From: a virus
Lineage: Duplodnaviria > Caudoviricetes
DNA: 58,484 nucleotides
Direction: 5' to 3' (one strand)
Virus record (IMG/VR): IMGVR_UViG_3300047380_001405
Span: 1-58,484 of that record
The notes under the pieces were generated by a model, which saw nothing but the letters and a program-made list of their open reading frames with translations, searched no databases and was not told where the DNA came from. This document shows positions 46,462 to 58,300 of this stretch, in pieces (within the stretch, counting starts at the first letter, position 1; every line of letters starts with the position of its first letter). The translations under genes were made by a program, and so were the position numbers.

Positions 46462-47131
46462 TTCTTTCATAACTCTAAATAGAAGGATTTTGGAGTGGGA
46501 GTGGTATACGGACTCAAACACCATGAGACTATTTATACACTGCCTTCTGAAGGCTAATTGGAAAGATAAAGAGTGGAAAGGAACTCTTATTAGAAGAGGG
46601 ACATTTATTACTTCACAACAAGGTCTTGCCGACCAGCTTGGTTTATCTAGAAAACAAATCCAACTATCTCTTGAAAAACTTATTGAAACTAAGGAGATTG
46701 AAAAAGAGGGGAACAACAAATATACCCTCGTAACTGTTGTTAAATATGATGATTACCAAAAAAATTCATACGAAGAGGGACAACAAAAGAACAACAAAAG
46801 CACATCAAAAGAACAACAAAAGCACACAACTAATAATAATAACAACTATAACAATGAAAACAATAATATAGTAATAAGGGGTTTTGAGGAAAATTTTGAA
46901 ATAGCAATATCAAACGATCAATATATTACGGCAATAACATCAAATTTAAAAATATCAAAAGAACGCCTTATGGAATTATATAAAGAATTTCATGAGCATT
47001 TAAAAAGAACTCAAGATACTGTAAAGACTCAGCATATGTATGTTTCTCATTTCAGAAACTGGTATTTAAAAAAATATAATATAAATCACAATACAGGAAA
47101 ACCAAAACTTAAATACAAAAACTCATTATGA
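46442..47131 (+). CDS. Replication initiator (replisome organiser, HTH)
   Basis: LFIHCLLKAN...RGTFITS...LA..LGLSR N-terminal HTH; internal iterons. Confidence 0.75.
   Translation: MIGFMLDSFITLNRRILEWEWYTDSNTMRLFIHCLLKANWKDKEWKGTLIRRGTFITSQQGLADQLGLSRKQIQLSLEKLIETKEIEKEGNNKYTLVTVVKYDDYQKNSYEEGQQKNNKSTSKEQQKHTTNNNNNYNNENNNIVIRGFEENFEIAISNDQYITAITSNLKISKERLMELYKEFHEHLKRTQDTVKTQHMYVSHFRNWYLKKYNINHNTGKPKLKYKNSL
46779..46822 (+). repeat. Four tandem 11-bp iterons, putative replication origin
   Basis: GACAACAAAAG-AACAACAAAAG-CACATCAAAAG-AACAACAAAAG followed by an AT-rich stretch inside the initiator gene. Confidence 0.65.
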
Positions 47132-48921
47132 GAATAATAGAATGGAATCAAATAGAACTTAAAGGCAAGTCAACTGGTCAGATTAAAACAATTTGCCCCG
47201 CATGCTCACCCGATAGAAGAAATAAAAAAGACAGGTGTTTGAGCGTGAATGTCGCTAAAGGTGTTGCCAAATGTCATCACTGTGAGGCAATATCTATTAG
47301 AGATGACAGACCTTTGGTTCAAGACAAAGTCTATAAGGTTCCTGAGCAAAATTGGGTTAATTATACAAGCCTATCAGACAATATGGTTAAGTTCTGCGAA
47401 TCAAGAGGAATTTTTCAAAGCACACTTAAAGACCTTAATGTGACAGAAGAAATTTATTATCAACCACAAGCAAGAAAAAATTTAAATAATATAGTTTTTA
47501 ATTACTTTGAAGGAGATGCGCTTGTAAATAAAAAATACAGATCGGGGGGAAAGCACTTCACTCAAACAGCAGAAACGAAGCCAATATTCTACAACATTAA
47601 CTCTGCTGTTGGTCAAGACGAGGTTTTTATAGTTGAGGGTGAGTTCGATGTACTCGCTATGCATCAGTGTGGTTTTAAAAATACAATTAGCATCCCTAAT
47701 GGCGCAAATGATAATGATGACTTCTGGATTAACTGCGAAAAATATCTTCAAGATGTAAGTAAATTCTATATAGCAACCGACAACGATGATAAAGGAGAGA
47801 TTGTTGCTGAGAAGATTGCACAAAGGCTTGGAAGGTATCGATGTGTCAGAGTTTTATTTAAAGAAAAAGATGCTAATGGAGATTTACTAAAAGGAGGAGA
47901 GGATTTAGTCAAAGAATCTATAATAAACGGTAAAAGGTACCCAGCTTCTGGGACATTTACTGTGGAGGACCTTGCTGGAGGTATACATGATTTATACAAC
48001 AACGGATTGCCAGAAACACTTTATCCAAAGCATAAATGCTTCGGTGATCTCAAGAAAGTCTTCACGGTGATGAGGGGTCACTTGGTTGTGTCTACAGGTA
48101 TACCTTCTCATGGTAAATCAAATTTTACTGAATGGTATGTTATGAATCTGATCAAGGATTATAACTTGAAAGCTTCGTTTTTCTCTCCAGAACACAGCCC
48201 TATGGCACTCCATCAAACCACTTTTATTGAAAAGTTCTACGGAACAAACTTTTTCCAAGACAATCCTGGTAGACCAAGAGTCACAAAAAACCAAATAGAT
48301 AGATACGTAGAGTGGGCAAATGAAAAAATATATATAACCGCACCCGATAAAGGGGAGATGCCAAATTGGTCTTGGATTTTAGAAAAGTTTAAAGAACAAA
48401 TGTTTATATATGGAGTCGATATGTTTGTTATCGACGCCTTTAACAAGGTAGAGTTTGATAAATCTAGCGACTCAGAGTTATCAAAAATAAAGCGTGTCTT
48501 GACTAAGCTAACGATGTTTGCTCAAATGAATAACGTAATAATATTCTTAGTAGTTCATCCCACAAAAATGAGAAAGAAAGACAATGGTGATTATGAAATG
48601 CCAACCCTATATGATTGTTCGGGTTCAGCTGATTTTAGAAACCAAACTCACGATGGATTTACTGTTTATCGGCATTTTGAAGAGGACCAAAGTATCAGTA
48701 TAGACAAAAACGACGTTGATTTTGTGGTTCAGAAAGTTAAAATGAAGTTTCAAGGCGAAATGAATGGCTTAGAAAGATTTAGGTTTGATGTGGTTTCTGG
48801 AAGGTATTACTCGAAGGACCAAAGCCCTCCAACATTTGTTTTTGATAAAGAAAACGAAACCTTGCCAAATCAACAGCCCGAAGATGCTTTTGGACTGCAA
48901 CAAGAAAACTTACCTTTTTAA
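47128..48921 (+). CDS. DNA primase-helicase (T7 gp4/Twinkle-like)
   Basis: CPAC...CHHC zinc finger, TOPRIM VEGEFD and ATDND, Walker A TGIPSHGKS, VVHPTK, GSADF. Confidence 0.9.
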   Translation: MRIIEWNQIELKGKSTGQIKTICPACSPDRRNKKDRCLSVNVAKGVAKCHHCEAISIRDDRPLVQDKVYKVPEQNWVNYTSLSDNMVKFCESRGIFQSTLKDLNVTEEIYYQPQARKNLNNIVFNYFEGDALVNKKYRSGGKHFTQTAETKPIFYNINSAVGQDEVFIVEGEFDVLAMHQCGFKNTISIPNGANDNDDFWINCEKYLQDVSKFYIATDNDDKGEIVAEKIAQRLGRYRCVRVLFKEKDANGDLLKGGEDLVKESIINGKRYPASGTFTVEDLAGGIHDLYNNGLPETLYPKHKCFGDLKKVFTVMRGHLVVSTGIPSHGKSNFTEWYVMNLIKDYNLKASFFSPEHSPMALHQTTFIEKFYGTNFFQDNPGRPRVTKNQIDRYVEWANEKIYITAPDKGEMPNWSWILEKFKEQMFIYGVDMFVIDAFNKVEFDKSSDSELSKIKRVLTKLTMFAQMNNVIIFLVVHPTKMRKKDNGDYEMPTLYDCSGSADFRNQTHDGFTVYRHFEEDQSISIDKNDVDFVVQKVKMKFQGEMNGLERFRFDVVSGRYYSKDQSPPTFVFDKENETLPNQQPEDAFGLQQENLPF

Positions 48922-48923
48922 TT

Positions 48924-49199
48924 ATGATTTTTTATCCAAATCAAATACATCAAAATGCTATGGCTTTTTGTTTATCTAATGGTGTAACTATAATACCAGA
49001 ACTGTTGAAGAAAAACAAAATCAGATTAAACGTCCGAGTTGAGGCGAATGGAATGATTAAAAACATAGTTTCTCCAAAAACATATACCAACGATGAGCTG
49101 TGGCAGCCTATTTATGAGATATACTTAGCTTATTTTAAAAAAATGGCTGATGAGGAGATAATTAAAAAAGCAAGCTCTAAACACCTGAGTTTCATATAA
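48924..49199 (+). CDS. Hypothetical protein
   Basis: 91-aa ORF. Confidence 0.5.
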   Translation: MIFYPNQIHQNAMAFCLSNGVTIIPELLKKNKIRLNVRVEANGMIKNIVSPKTYTNDELWQPIYEIYLAYFKKMADEEIIKKASSKHLSFI

Positions 49200-49218
49200 A
49201 TTAACTAACTTTGATGTT

Positions 49219-49524
49219 ATGACAACAAAAACACTATTTCAAAGAGAATATGATAAAATAAAGCAAGAAAGTTTTAACATATGTAATTTAGACGTTTCTG
49301 CGTTTTGTGAAAAGGTAACTGGGTACGTTAGTAAAGGCGAAAAAGAAAAAATGGATGCGCTTTTAGAGCTTGATACTCTGCTTTACACTAGAATGGGCAT
49401 TGACTCAAGTTTAACAGAAAAAAGAGAAACAAAAAAGAAATCAAGAATAATATATAGAGCTATAAAATCATTCAACAAAAGAGTTGGTGATTCGTTTCTA
49501 CAGCACATGGATCCAGATGTATGA
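49219..49524 (+). CDS. Hypothetical protein
   Basis: DALLELD..LYT.MGIDS...SR.IYRAIK; preceded by TAACTTTG. Confidence 0.6.
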   Translation: MTTKTLFQREYDKIKQESFNICNLDVSAFCEKVTGYVSKGEKEKMDALLELDTLLYTRMGIDSSLTEKRETKKKSRIIYRAIKSFNKRVGDSFLQHMDPDV

Positions 49525-49691
49525 CACAAAGGTTTAGATTTTTGGAAAAGTTAAGACTAGCCCTACATAGCAACGTAGATAAAATAATTGACTCCATAAA
49601 CCAGCCTAATAAGGATGAAACCAAAAGCTCAATAGGTTCTTTAAAAGTAAATCTTGACAAGCTTCAAAATCAAATTAAAGACGATGATTGA
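49521..49691 (+). CDS. Hypothetical protein (56 aa)
   Basis: MTQRFRFLEKLRLALHSNVDKIIDSI...; ATGA-coupled; translated by hand. Confidence 0.45.
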   Translation: MTQRFRFLEKLRLALHSNVDKIIDSINQPNKDETKSSIGSLKVNLDKLQNQIKDDD

Positions 49692-50841
49692 TAGAAATGA
49701 AGAAATAAAATCTTTAACTGAAAAATATTTTAAGGACGGGCATAGGAGTCCATCTGAGATCGCAAGGTATATACATCAAGACCTAGAGATAAACCTTGAA
49801 GAAAAGACAGTAGAATCTACTAGGCGATACATATCAAGGCATATACAAAAACTTACAAGGACTGAGGATCAGCCAGCTTTAGCAAGCGCTTGTGAGGAGA
49901 GAGGTATTGACATTAGTAGCGTAGGAATAGCGTGGTCAAAAGATAAGAAATGGTCAATACAGTTTAAACCAAATAAAGACAGCGGTCCTACTTTTGAACA
50001 GCTGCTTGAAGACCACATTGATGCTGTCAAAAATCACACGTTTAGTTATGAATACATTGAGAGAGCAAATACTACTGATGGCTGCTTACTTGTTGTTGAT
50101 CCTGCTGATGTACATATTGGGAAATTAGCGTCTTCATTTGAGACAGGAGAGGATTACAATTGTCAAATAGCAGTACAGCGAGTTAAGTCTGGGGTTGAAG
50201 GGATATTGAAAAAAGCATCTGGATTTACTATAGATAAAATTGTTTTTGTGGCAGGTAACGATATATTACACATAGACACCCCTAAGAGAACCACCACGAG
50301 CGGAACTCCACAAGACACAGATGGAATGTGGTATAATAATTTTTTAATTGCTAAAAAGCTTTATATCGACGTTTTGGATACATTAATTCAAGTCGCTGAT
50401 GTGCATTTCATGTTTAATCCGTCTAACCATGATTATCAAAGCGGATTTTTTTTAGCGGATTCAATTAGCTCTTGGTATAATAAATGTGAAAACATTACCT
50501 TTGACACCTCAATAGCTCACAGAAAATATTATCAATATCATAACAACCTTATTGGAACAACGCACGGAGACGGAGCAAAGATGCAAGACTTACCTCTGCT
50601 CATGGCTCAAGAGGCGAGGGAGGAATGGTCTTCAGCAAAAAACAGATACGTTTATATACACCACATACATCATAAGATGTCAAAAGATTTTATTGGCGTT
50701 ACTGTTGAGGCTCTTAGATCACCTTCTGGAACAGACGGCTGGCACCACAGAAACGGCTATCAACATGCGCCTAAAGCCGTTGAAGGATTTATTCATTCAA
50801 AAGAGCACGGGCAGATGGCAAGACTGACACATTTATTTTAG
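49684..50841 (+). CDS. Calcineurin-like metallophosphoesterase
   Basis: DVHIG, GND, SNHD, THGD, HHIHH motifs. Confidence 0.8.
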   Translation: MIDRNEEIKSLTEKYFKDGHRSPSEIARYIHQDLEINLEEKTVESTRRYISRHIQKLTRTEDQPALASACEERGIDISSVGIAWSKDKKWSIQFKPNKDSGPTFEQLLEDHIDAVKNHTFSYEYIERANTTDGCLLVVDPADVHIGKLASSFETGEDYNCQIAVQRVKSGVEGILKKASGFTIDKIVFVAGNDILHIDTPKRTTTSGTPQDTDGMWYNNFLIAKKLYIDVLDTLIQVADVHFMFNPSNHDYQSGFFLADSISSWYNKCENITFDTSIAHRKYYQYHNNLIGTTHGDGAKMQDLPLLMAQEAREEWSSAKNRYVYIHHIHHKMSKDFIGVTVEALRSPSGTDGWHHRNGYQHAPKAVEGFIHSKEHGQMARLTHLF

Positions 50842-50851
50842 TTTAATAATT

Positions 50852-51013
50852 ATGAATTGTTGGAATTGTCAAACAAAATTAATATGGGGTGGGGATCATG
50901 ATGGAGAAGATTATGGCAACGAAGAATATGGCATAGTAACCAATTTAAGTTGCCCCTCATGCGAAGCTTTTGTATTAGTATATCATCAAAAAAATGACAA
51001 TGACGCTTCTTGA
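50852..51013 (+). CDS. Zinc-ribbon microprotein (53 aa)
   Basis: MNCWNCQTKLIWGGDHD...IVTNLSCPSCEAFVLVY; two CxxC; translated by hand. Confidence 0.65.
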   Translation: MNCWNCQTKLIWGGDHDGEDYGNEEYGIVTNLSCPSCEAFVLVYHQKNDNDAS

Positions 51014-51163
51014 GATGGCTAGATCTATTTCGGTTGTTGTTGCTATAGCCTTGTGGGTTTACTTTTTTTATGGCTCAAGAAATGGATTTAAGTAGACAAA
51101 CTAGAATATGTGATTGCTGGCTTGATGTAGGTCAGTGTGAATGTAAAATTACAAATAAAGAAA

Positions 51164-51379
51164 ATGAAGGAAAGCGAGTTAATTCAAATAAAAAATCAAG
51201 TAAAAAACGTAGTGGGGATGCAACAAGCAATCCTAAGTCAACTACAGAACCTGAAAGACCTCTCGATTGGGACGCTAGAGACCTTAAAACGCATGGATGG
51301 GTACCAAAAAGCAGTAGATCAACTGAAGGAAGATATACAGGCAGATTCTGGGAAGAAGAAGAATGAAATCATAAAGTAA
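51164..51379 (+). CDS. Hypothetical protein
   Basis: Start MKESELIQ in AAAATG context; helical. Confidence 0.5.
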   Translation: MKESELIQIKNQVKNVVGMQQAILSQLQNLKDLSIGTLETLKRMDGYQKAVDQLKEDIQADSGKKKNEIIK

Positions 51380-51388
51380 ATAAAAGCC

Positions 51389-51862
51389 TTGAGGTTAAAA
51401 TCAGAAAAAATAGTTTTTAATAAACCTCTTGAGTTGTCGGATGCAGTAAAGGCATTAGCCGCCTTAAAAGAGATAGTTGGTGTATCTGAAATTAAGGATA
51501 ATTATTTATATGTTTTTGTTAAAGAAAACCATGACTTGTACATTGAAACAATACCTGATATTGAAGTTTTATGGATAGCTGATAGGCTGGGTGTTAGTGA
51601 CAGGCAAGCTGTAGTGTGTCTAATGGAATATCCTGGTTTTTGGGATTCCTTAAAAGACTTGCTTTATTTATGTAAAATAAACAACTTTAAAAGATATAGT
51701 GTGTTCACTAAAAATGATCTCATGGGAACTGGGAACAGGACATGGGAAGAGTATATAGGGGAAAGCGAAGAAGACGCTAGAGAGTTTTATGAGCACATTT
51801 TATTGGTTGACGATATTGTATCTATAATTAAAATGGACGATGAGGAAGAGGAGGAGTACTAA
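51389..51862 (+). CDS. Hypothetical protein
   Basis: 157-aa acidic ORF with TTG start. Confidence 0.45.
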   Translation: MRLKSEKIVFNKPLELSDAVKALAALKEIVGVSEIKDNYLYVFVKENHDLYIETIPDIEVLWIADRLGVSDRQAVVCLMEYPGFWDSLKDLLYLCKINNFKRYSVFTKNDLMGTGNRTWEEYIGESEEDAREFYEHILLVDDIVSIIKMDDEEEEEY

Positions 51863-52295
51863 AAGAAGACAGATAACAAGGTCCACAAAAGTTAAAGAAG
51901 ATGGCATTGAGTTTTCCTCTAAGCTAGAGCTCTATATGTACAAGGCTCTGAAGAAGGCTAAAATAAAAAATAAATATGAAGGGAAAACGTTCACTATCAT
52001 CAATGGCTGCGACTTCCCTATGGCTTCCTACGAAAAAACAAAGTCAAAAAAAATACTACACGACAGGGGTAATAAAAAGCTGCTCGGCATTAAATATACT
52101 CCAGACTTTATAGATACTCAAGACCCACCAAGATTTATAATAGAAACTAAAGGCAATCCAAACGAAGCTTTTCCTATACGCTGGAAGCTCTTTAAAATGC
52201 ATTTAGTGAACGAGGGCATACAAACAAACCTATTTATGCCTCGCAATCAAAAAGATTGTGACGAAACCGTTGCGATTCTAAAAAAGATATTGTAG
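51840..52295 (+). CDS. PD-(D/E)XK endonuclease (T7 endo I/DUF1064-like, possible resolvase)
   Basis: DGIEFSSKLE, KYE, YTPDF, IIETKG. Confidence 0.8.
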   Translation: MRKRRSTKRRQITRSTKVKEDGIEFSSKLELYMYKALKKAKIKNKYEGKTFTIINGCDFPMASYEKTKSKKILHDRGNKKLLGIKYTPDFIDTQDPPRFIIETKGNPNEAFPIRWKLFKMHLVNEGIQTNLFMPRNQKDCDETVAILKKIL

Positions 52296-52338
52296 GTTTG
52301 ATCTTTCTTATTAGCGTACTTATTTTGGTACATGGAAG

Positions 52339-52372
52339 AGGGGGCAAAATACGTAATTGTCTCCTTTTTTTT
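52339..52372 (+). terminator. Rho-independent terminator between convergent modules
   Basis: AGGGGGCAA...UUGUCUCCU followed by a U-tract. Confidence 0.65.
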
Positions 52373-55300
52373 ATTTATAATCCCTCAAGAATACTTTTAT
52401 AGCTTTTACTGGCAGGCTTTTATCTAAAAGTTCTTTAGCGTTGTTCATGTACCTGACAAACTCCTTTGGGTCTCCCCCCGAAACATTGTCATATATATAC
52501 TTTAAATGTATAAGCTGTGACTCAATTTCTCTTTCATAAAACAAATCAATAACTTCATAAGGAACCCTTTGAGCCCCTTTTTCAGCATTCTGCTCCATAT
52601 TTATATATTTCACAAAGCGCTGTCTTTTATTTTCTTGATCGTATTTATCAGCAGGATATTTTTTTATTATTTCGCTTTCTAGTTTTGAAATGAATGATTC
52701 ATAATTAGGTTTTTCTTTTGACATTTCATCCCTAATCATCATTTTAATTTCTTGATCTTTACTGTATTCATCACCTTTAGCTTTGATTAGTTGATCAGTC
52801 ATTTCCTCTTTTGCCTTATATCTTTTTAAATTACTGTTTGTATAACGCTTAAATTTTTTCAAAGAGTTTTCTCCTAATATCTTTGGTAGGTTTTTTAACT
52901 CATCAGATTCTTTGGTGACTATTCCGTTTGCTACCGAATAAAATATAGCAAGTCCAGGATTTGTAGTTGGAGTTGTTACTATTTTCTCCATAGCAACCTT
53001 TAATTTTTTGGGAGATAAATTCATTTTTTCTCCTATTTGTTTATATATACCCTCGACTTTTTCGTCATACAATCCTTTTTTATATTCAGGTATATCTTTT
53101 GGACCTCTCCATATATCTTGATCGTAGAATACATCTTTATTGTCAAATAGAGCTCGTCCAGATGCAAGTATAGGAACTGTTGATTCTACTCTTCCACCAC
53201 CAAAAAATGGTACTGACCATCTGAGAGCCTTGAAGCTTTGCGAATAATCGAATTCTTTACCAAGCATCACCTGTTCAACTTTTTGTTCTGAAATTGAAAA
53301 GACTACATTTAAAAGAGGTAGCTTTCTTATTCTGTAATATTCAAGTTCTCCTTTTTTGTTTTTGTTACCTGTAAAGAACACAAAATAATTAGCTCTCTCA
53401 TACTCACTCAACCCCTCTAAAGCATCTTTAAGCTTTCTTTTTTTCTCTTCCTCATCTCCATCAAAAGCAAGCATTGCCATAGCGAGAGATCCTGTGTGCA
53501 AAATAGCTGATGCTGCCATCATTTCTACAACCTTGCTAGCAAATATTTTAGGGTTTTTTCTGAAGCCATCATAAAATCTTCTTAAGCCTAAAAAACTCGC
53601 ATTTGTATACGGCATAACCAAATCTAAAGATTTTGAAAATGTACCACCCTGATTATAATCCATAACTTCACGAGCTTCTCTTGTGGCTGTTTCTTTTATA
53701 TCCTGTAACTGTTCAGGGCTTGGAAGCTTACCATTCTCTTTTTTAAATTTACTTATCTCTTTGCTTTTTGTTCTTTCATAGACGGCTAATCTAAAAGCCA
53801 ACTCAGAGGCATCTCCTAAATATCCAAACGCTTTTCCATAGTAATTGACTAAAGAGTAAAAAGGTTTTGCAAACTTCTTTGCTTTGTCAATATCGTTTTG
53901 TGTGAGATTAGCTTGTTCAGCCATAAAAAGCATTTTACCTCCATTTTCAAAATACTCTCTTTTAATTCTTCTATATTCACTTGTGTTCGCAATCTTTCTT
54001 AGAAAGTTGAGAGTAAAATCTTTAGCTAAAGGTAAAGCTCCAAATAAAGCTGACCTCCCATATATATTTGAGTTTAATAATATGTTTTGATAATCCATTG
54101 GTATGTTAGACAATACAAACAATGGGTTAGCTGCGGTTGCAAAGAATCTAAGTATAGGAGAAAATGATCCTAATCTAAGAAGTGATTTCACGGTTGGACT
54201 TAAAGACTTTGTTTTTAAATTTAAAAGTTGATTTCTAGCCTCCTTCTTCATCACCATCTTATACTTGATACCGTTTTTGAAGAATGATATTTCTTTATAA
54301 CCTAGAGGTATTTTAGCATCATCGTATTTAAACTTCAAGGCACCAGTTGTTTTTTTGCCAATAACAGGATTGTCTAGTATAAATTCATTAAAATCCTCTT
54401 TATTTTCTCTACTTACATAATCATCGTATACAGCGTTTAACAATTCATTTTGAGCTACTCTGAATTTAGTCATATTCACCTGCAACATCATCATGTATCT
54501 CAAGTCTTGAACTATATTTCTTTCGTTGTTTTCTGTTAGCGTCATGATGCCGTTACTAGAAATTCCTAGTTTTTCTGAAAAAGAATCTATATCATCTTCC
54601 GACCAGTTTTCTGTTTCATTTTCAAGTACAAATTTCAATGTCTTTATTGGCATGTACTCTAGCTGTCTTATTGATTCATATGATTCAGAGGTTAGTAGCC
54701 CACCATCATACATCTCTTTAAGCATCTGTCTAGACATGTCAAAATACTTTGAAGCTCTGTCATTAAGCTTTTTAAATAATTCAGGATTGTCTTTAGATAA
54801 GCTTTTTAAATAAGCTTCAGATTCCTTTGTATTATACCCATCGGTTCCTGTGTACTCTTTGAATTTTTTACCATCTCTGGATAATCTGTTTCTATTTATT
54901 TCTATGATTCGTCTAGACAAGACAATCATTTCAAGGAGAGATATCTCGCTCTTTTTAAGACCACCAAGTATTTCTTCCTCATATTCTTGAAAAACATCAG
55001 TTGCATAGCCTTTAGCCCCAGCAATGTTTACTATTTTATTTAAAACCCTGTTTTGTTTTGACAGCGTATCGTATCCTTCATATATTCTTTTAATGCTTGC
55101 CTGACTGTCTGTAAGTTGTTCGCCAAAAACATTTTTTAAGAATTTTACCATTTGTGTTTTAAAACCTTGCTTTGTGTTTTTTAAGGCTTGATCATTCTTT
55201 TTCCGTATTGAATTACCTCTGTCTAAGCTTTCTTGTTCTTCCTTTGTAAGCTTACTTTTTCTTACTCTTGCTGGTTCTGCTTGTTCACTAACCTGCTCAG

Positions 55301-58300
55301 ATACATTTGTAGACATTTGACCTCCACCAAGCCAGTTTAAATATTTTGCTTTAGCTTGATCTCCATATTTTTCTACATAATTTTCATAACCTACATTTTT
55401 GCTACTTATGAAAGGAAATAAATCTTTAGCACTGTAAGCTTTGTCTAAAAGTAAAAGCTCCACATCTTCTGTAGACCTAATGACAAATTTGTATGATGGG
55501 TGATAGTCTGGATCACCAGGCTTTGCTTCCTCCAAAGAAAGATCTCCCTTTGTTCTAACATAAGATATAACATCTCCATAGTCGTGACCAACCGATAATG
55601 GTTCTGACAATTCGTTAGCTAATTCAGTGAAATTCGGAAGGTTTCCGAATTTATTTTTTGGCACTTTTGCATTCCCAAGTAATGTGTTTAAAAATGATTT
55701 TCTTTGCTCAAAGGTTGAGTTATCACTCCCTATAGTCTTTCTGATTGCATCAGCTATAGATTTTGCGTTTTTAGCTTCTGCTAATGAGGTAAATTCATCT
55801 TTAAAAGATTTAGTGTCCTTCACACTAAGAGCCTTGAGAACTCTTTTATAAGCGTCTTCTGTAGATATGTTCTCTTGCGAAATACTTTTTTCAACTAAAT
55901 TAATAGCCTCAGAAAGCATGTTGTTATTTGACATGTGAGACTCTGTAGACCCGAATGCAATCGTAACATACCTATATCCATCATCATTTTTTACAGCAGA
56001 ATTTATTATTCTTGATCCTGATGTTTTTTTATTAGCAGCCCAAACAGAGTTTGTTATTGCAGGGAATAGGATTCCTCCTAAATATTCTTTTCCTTGTACA
56101 AACCCACCGACTAATCTGTCTGAAAAAGTAAGATGAACGGTTTTGTTTGCTATGTCGGCTATTGTAGCATCTTTAACTTTTGATTCTACGCCTTTGTGCC
56201 TCTTTATCCCTAAGTCTACAAGAATACTTTTTCTTGGCTTGTCTTTTAGATTGTTGACTTTGTTGCCTGTAGGCTTAGCTGTTTCGTTTATTTTCTCTGA
56301 TAAGACTTCTAACTCTTTAGTATCTACTCTTTTTCCTTCTGTAACCTTTTGCTGAAACCTATTTAATACATCTATAACTTCAGCGTCAGTAGCGGCATCT
56401 GTAAATACTGTACCTAAATTTAATTTTTTAGCAACTGAATTAATCCACTGTAGTATTTGTGTTTTAACACTTGGCGTTAATTTATCATAGTTAGCCGAAA
56501 GTTTACCTAAAATGTTTGCTAAAGCCTCTTCATTTTGTACAGACTCTTCGTAATTAGTAAGCAAGTCTTGTATGTCACTGTAAATTTCTTTACCCTCTTT
56601 AGTTGTTAATACAGCATCTAGCATTCTTTTTGTTAGCGCTTGTAATTCCGTATCGCTTTTTATTGCATTTAATACAGCTGCGTGAAAAGCCTCATGCCCA
56701 ACATCATCGTTTGTAGCAACATCCAGCGCTATATGAATTGTGTTGTCTTTGTTTACATATATTGCTTTGGTGTCAGTATCTGCCTCTGGAACCGAAGATA
56801 CCATATCTTCTTGAGTTTCATAAACAAAAACCCTTGTCCCATCACCTACGTCTTTTAATGCTGCTTCTGCGTTATCTGCTCTATTTAAGATGTCACTTTT
56901 TTCATTTTCTTCATTCATCAAGTAGGGTCCTCTATCTATAAGAGAAGGACTCATGCCTTTTTTGTAAGATCTTTTCCTTCCAGGAGCTTTCTTTTTTCTT
57001 TCAGGCTGTTGCTCTTGCTGCTCTTCTGTTTTAGCAGTCTTTGATATCTCAGTAAGCCTGTTATTAATTTCTGTTATTCTTTCTTCAAAAGGAGCTGTCA
57101 TTGATTCATCAACACCTTTCTTTTGTTCATTCAATGATTCTCTTTCTCTCAAGAGATCGAAAGATTCCTTTCTACTTTCTGGTGATATGTTTTTTGGTAT
57201 TTTACTTGAGATGCTTTTAAAATAATCTAAATTCTTTTTATTTTTATCATATTCTTCTTTTGTTATAGCTCCTTTTTTAAGAGCTATTCTCTGCTGCATC
57301 TCATGATATATTATCATCTCGGGGTTTTGAACATAATCATCTATAATATCAAATAATTTTTGTTCTAGCTTGTATCCTTTTCTTTCTCTTATTCCATTTA
57401 AGGCGGCTGGTACTGTAGCCATAACAAACCCGCCTATAGCTTCTTGAGCACCAGATCTCAGCACTTGACTTGCAAAATCCGTTAATGATCCTGGCGTTTC
57501 AAACATTTTTTTGTCTTTAACGCCATTATATAATGATTTAACAGTAACATCTGATATTTCTTGTAGAGCGCCCGTCTCAAATTCAGCAAGACCACCTGTT
57601 CCTATTCTTATAGCTCCCTTTGCTAGGAGGCTTTTTATTTCACGATCAGCAAGTTCCGTAAAGGTTTTAGCTGTAATCTTTTTACTTTTAGTTTTAAGAA
57701 TATTTGATAAAACAGTCTTCGTTAAACTGCTTCCGTTTACAATATTTCTAAATCCATAATTTTCTAATACTCCATTTATGACAGCTATAGGAAGTTTTAC
57801 AGCATATTTTTCTGTTTCACTTATCCCATCAAAATCTGGATTGTTCTCCATTTCTTTTGACACTGCATCTGAAGCCTGTAACCCAAAGCCTAATATTCTT
57901 GTATACTTATTTCCTATCATTTCAGGAAGACTTTTAGCTAATCCGCTAAATGCACCACCAAAAAATGTTTGTTCCCACTTATTCATGTACTCTTGAGTAG
58001 TGCTTGAAACACCAGCGAATTCTAAAGCACCTTTTCTAATCTCTGGAAGTAATTGTTTTTTAGAGTATTTTCTAGCATAATCTAATATTTCATCTTCCGA
58101 CTTACCTTCAGATTTTAACCTATCATACGTCTTTGGGCTTAGTCCATTTCTTGGACTGAAATAAGTCATACCGTCTATCATCAAATCAACAGCTCCCGAT
58201 GCCTCTGACCCAACTCCCATCATGAAAGAATTATACATAGCTCCTAAAGGGGAGCCTTCTTTAGATTTTTCACTAAGGATGTTTGCTGTGGCTGCTTCTA

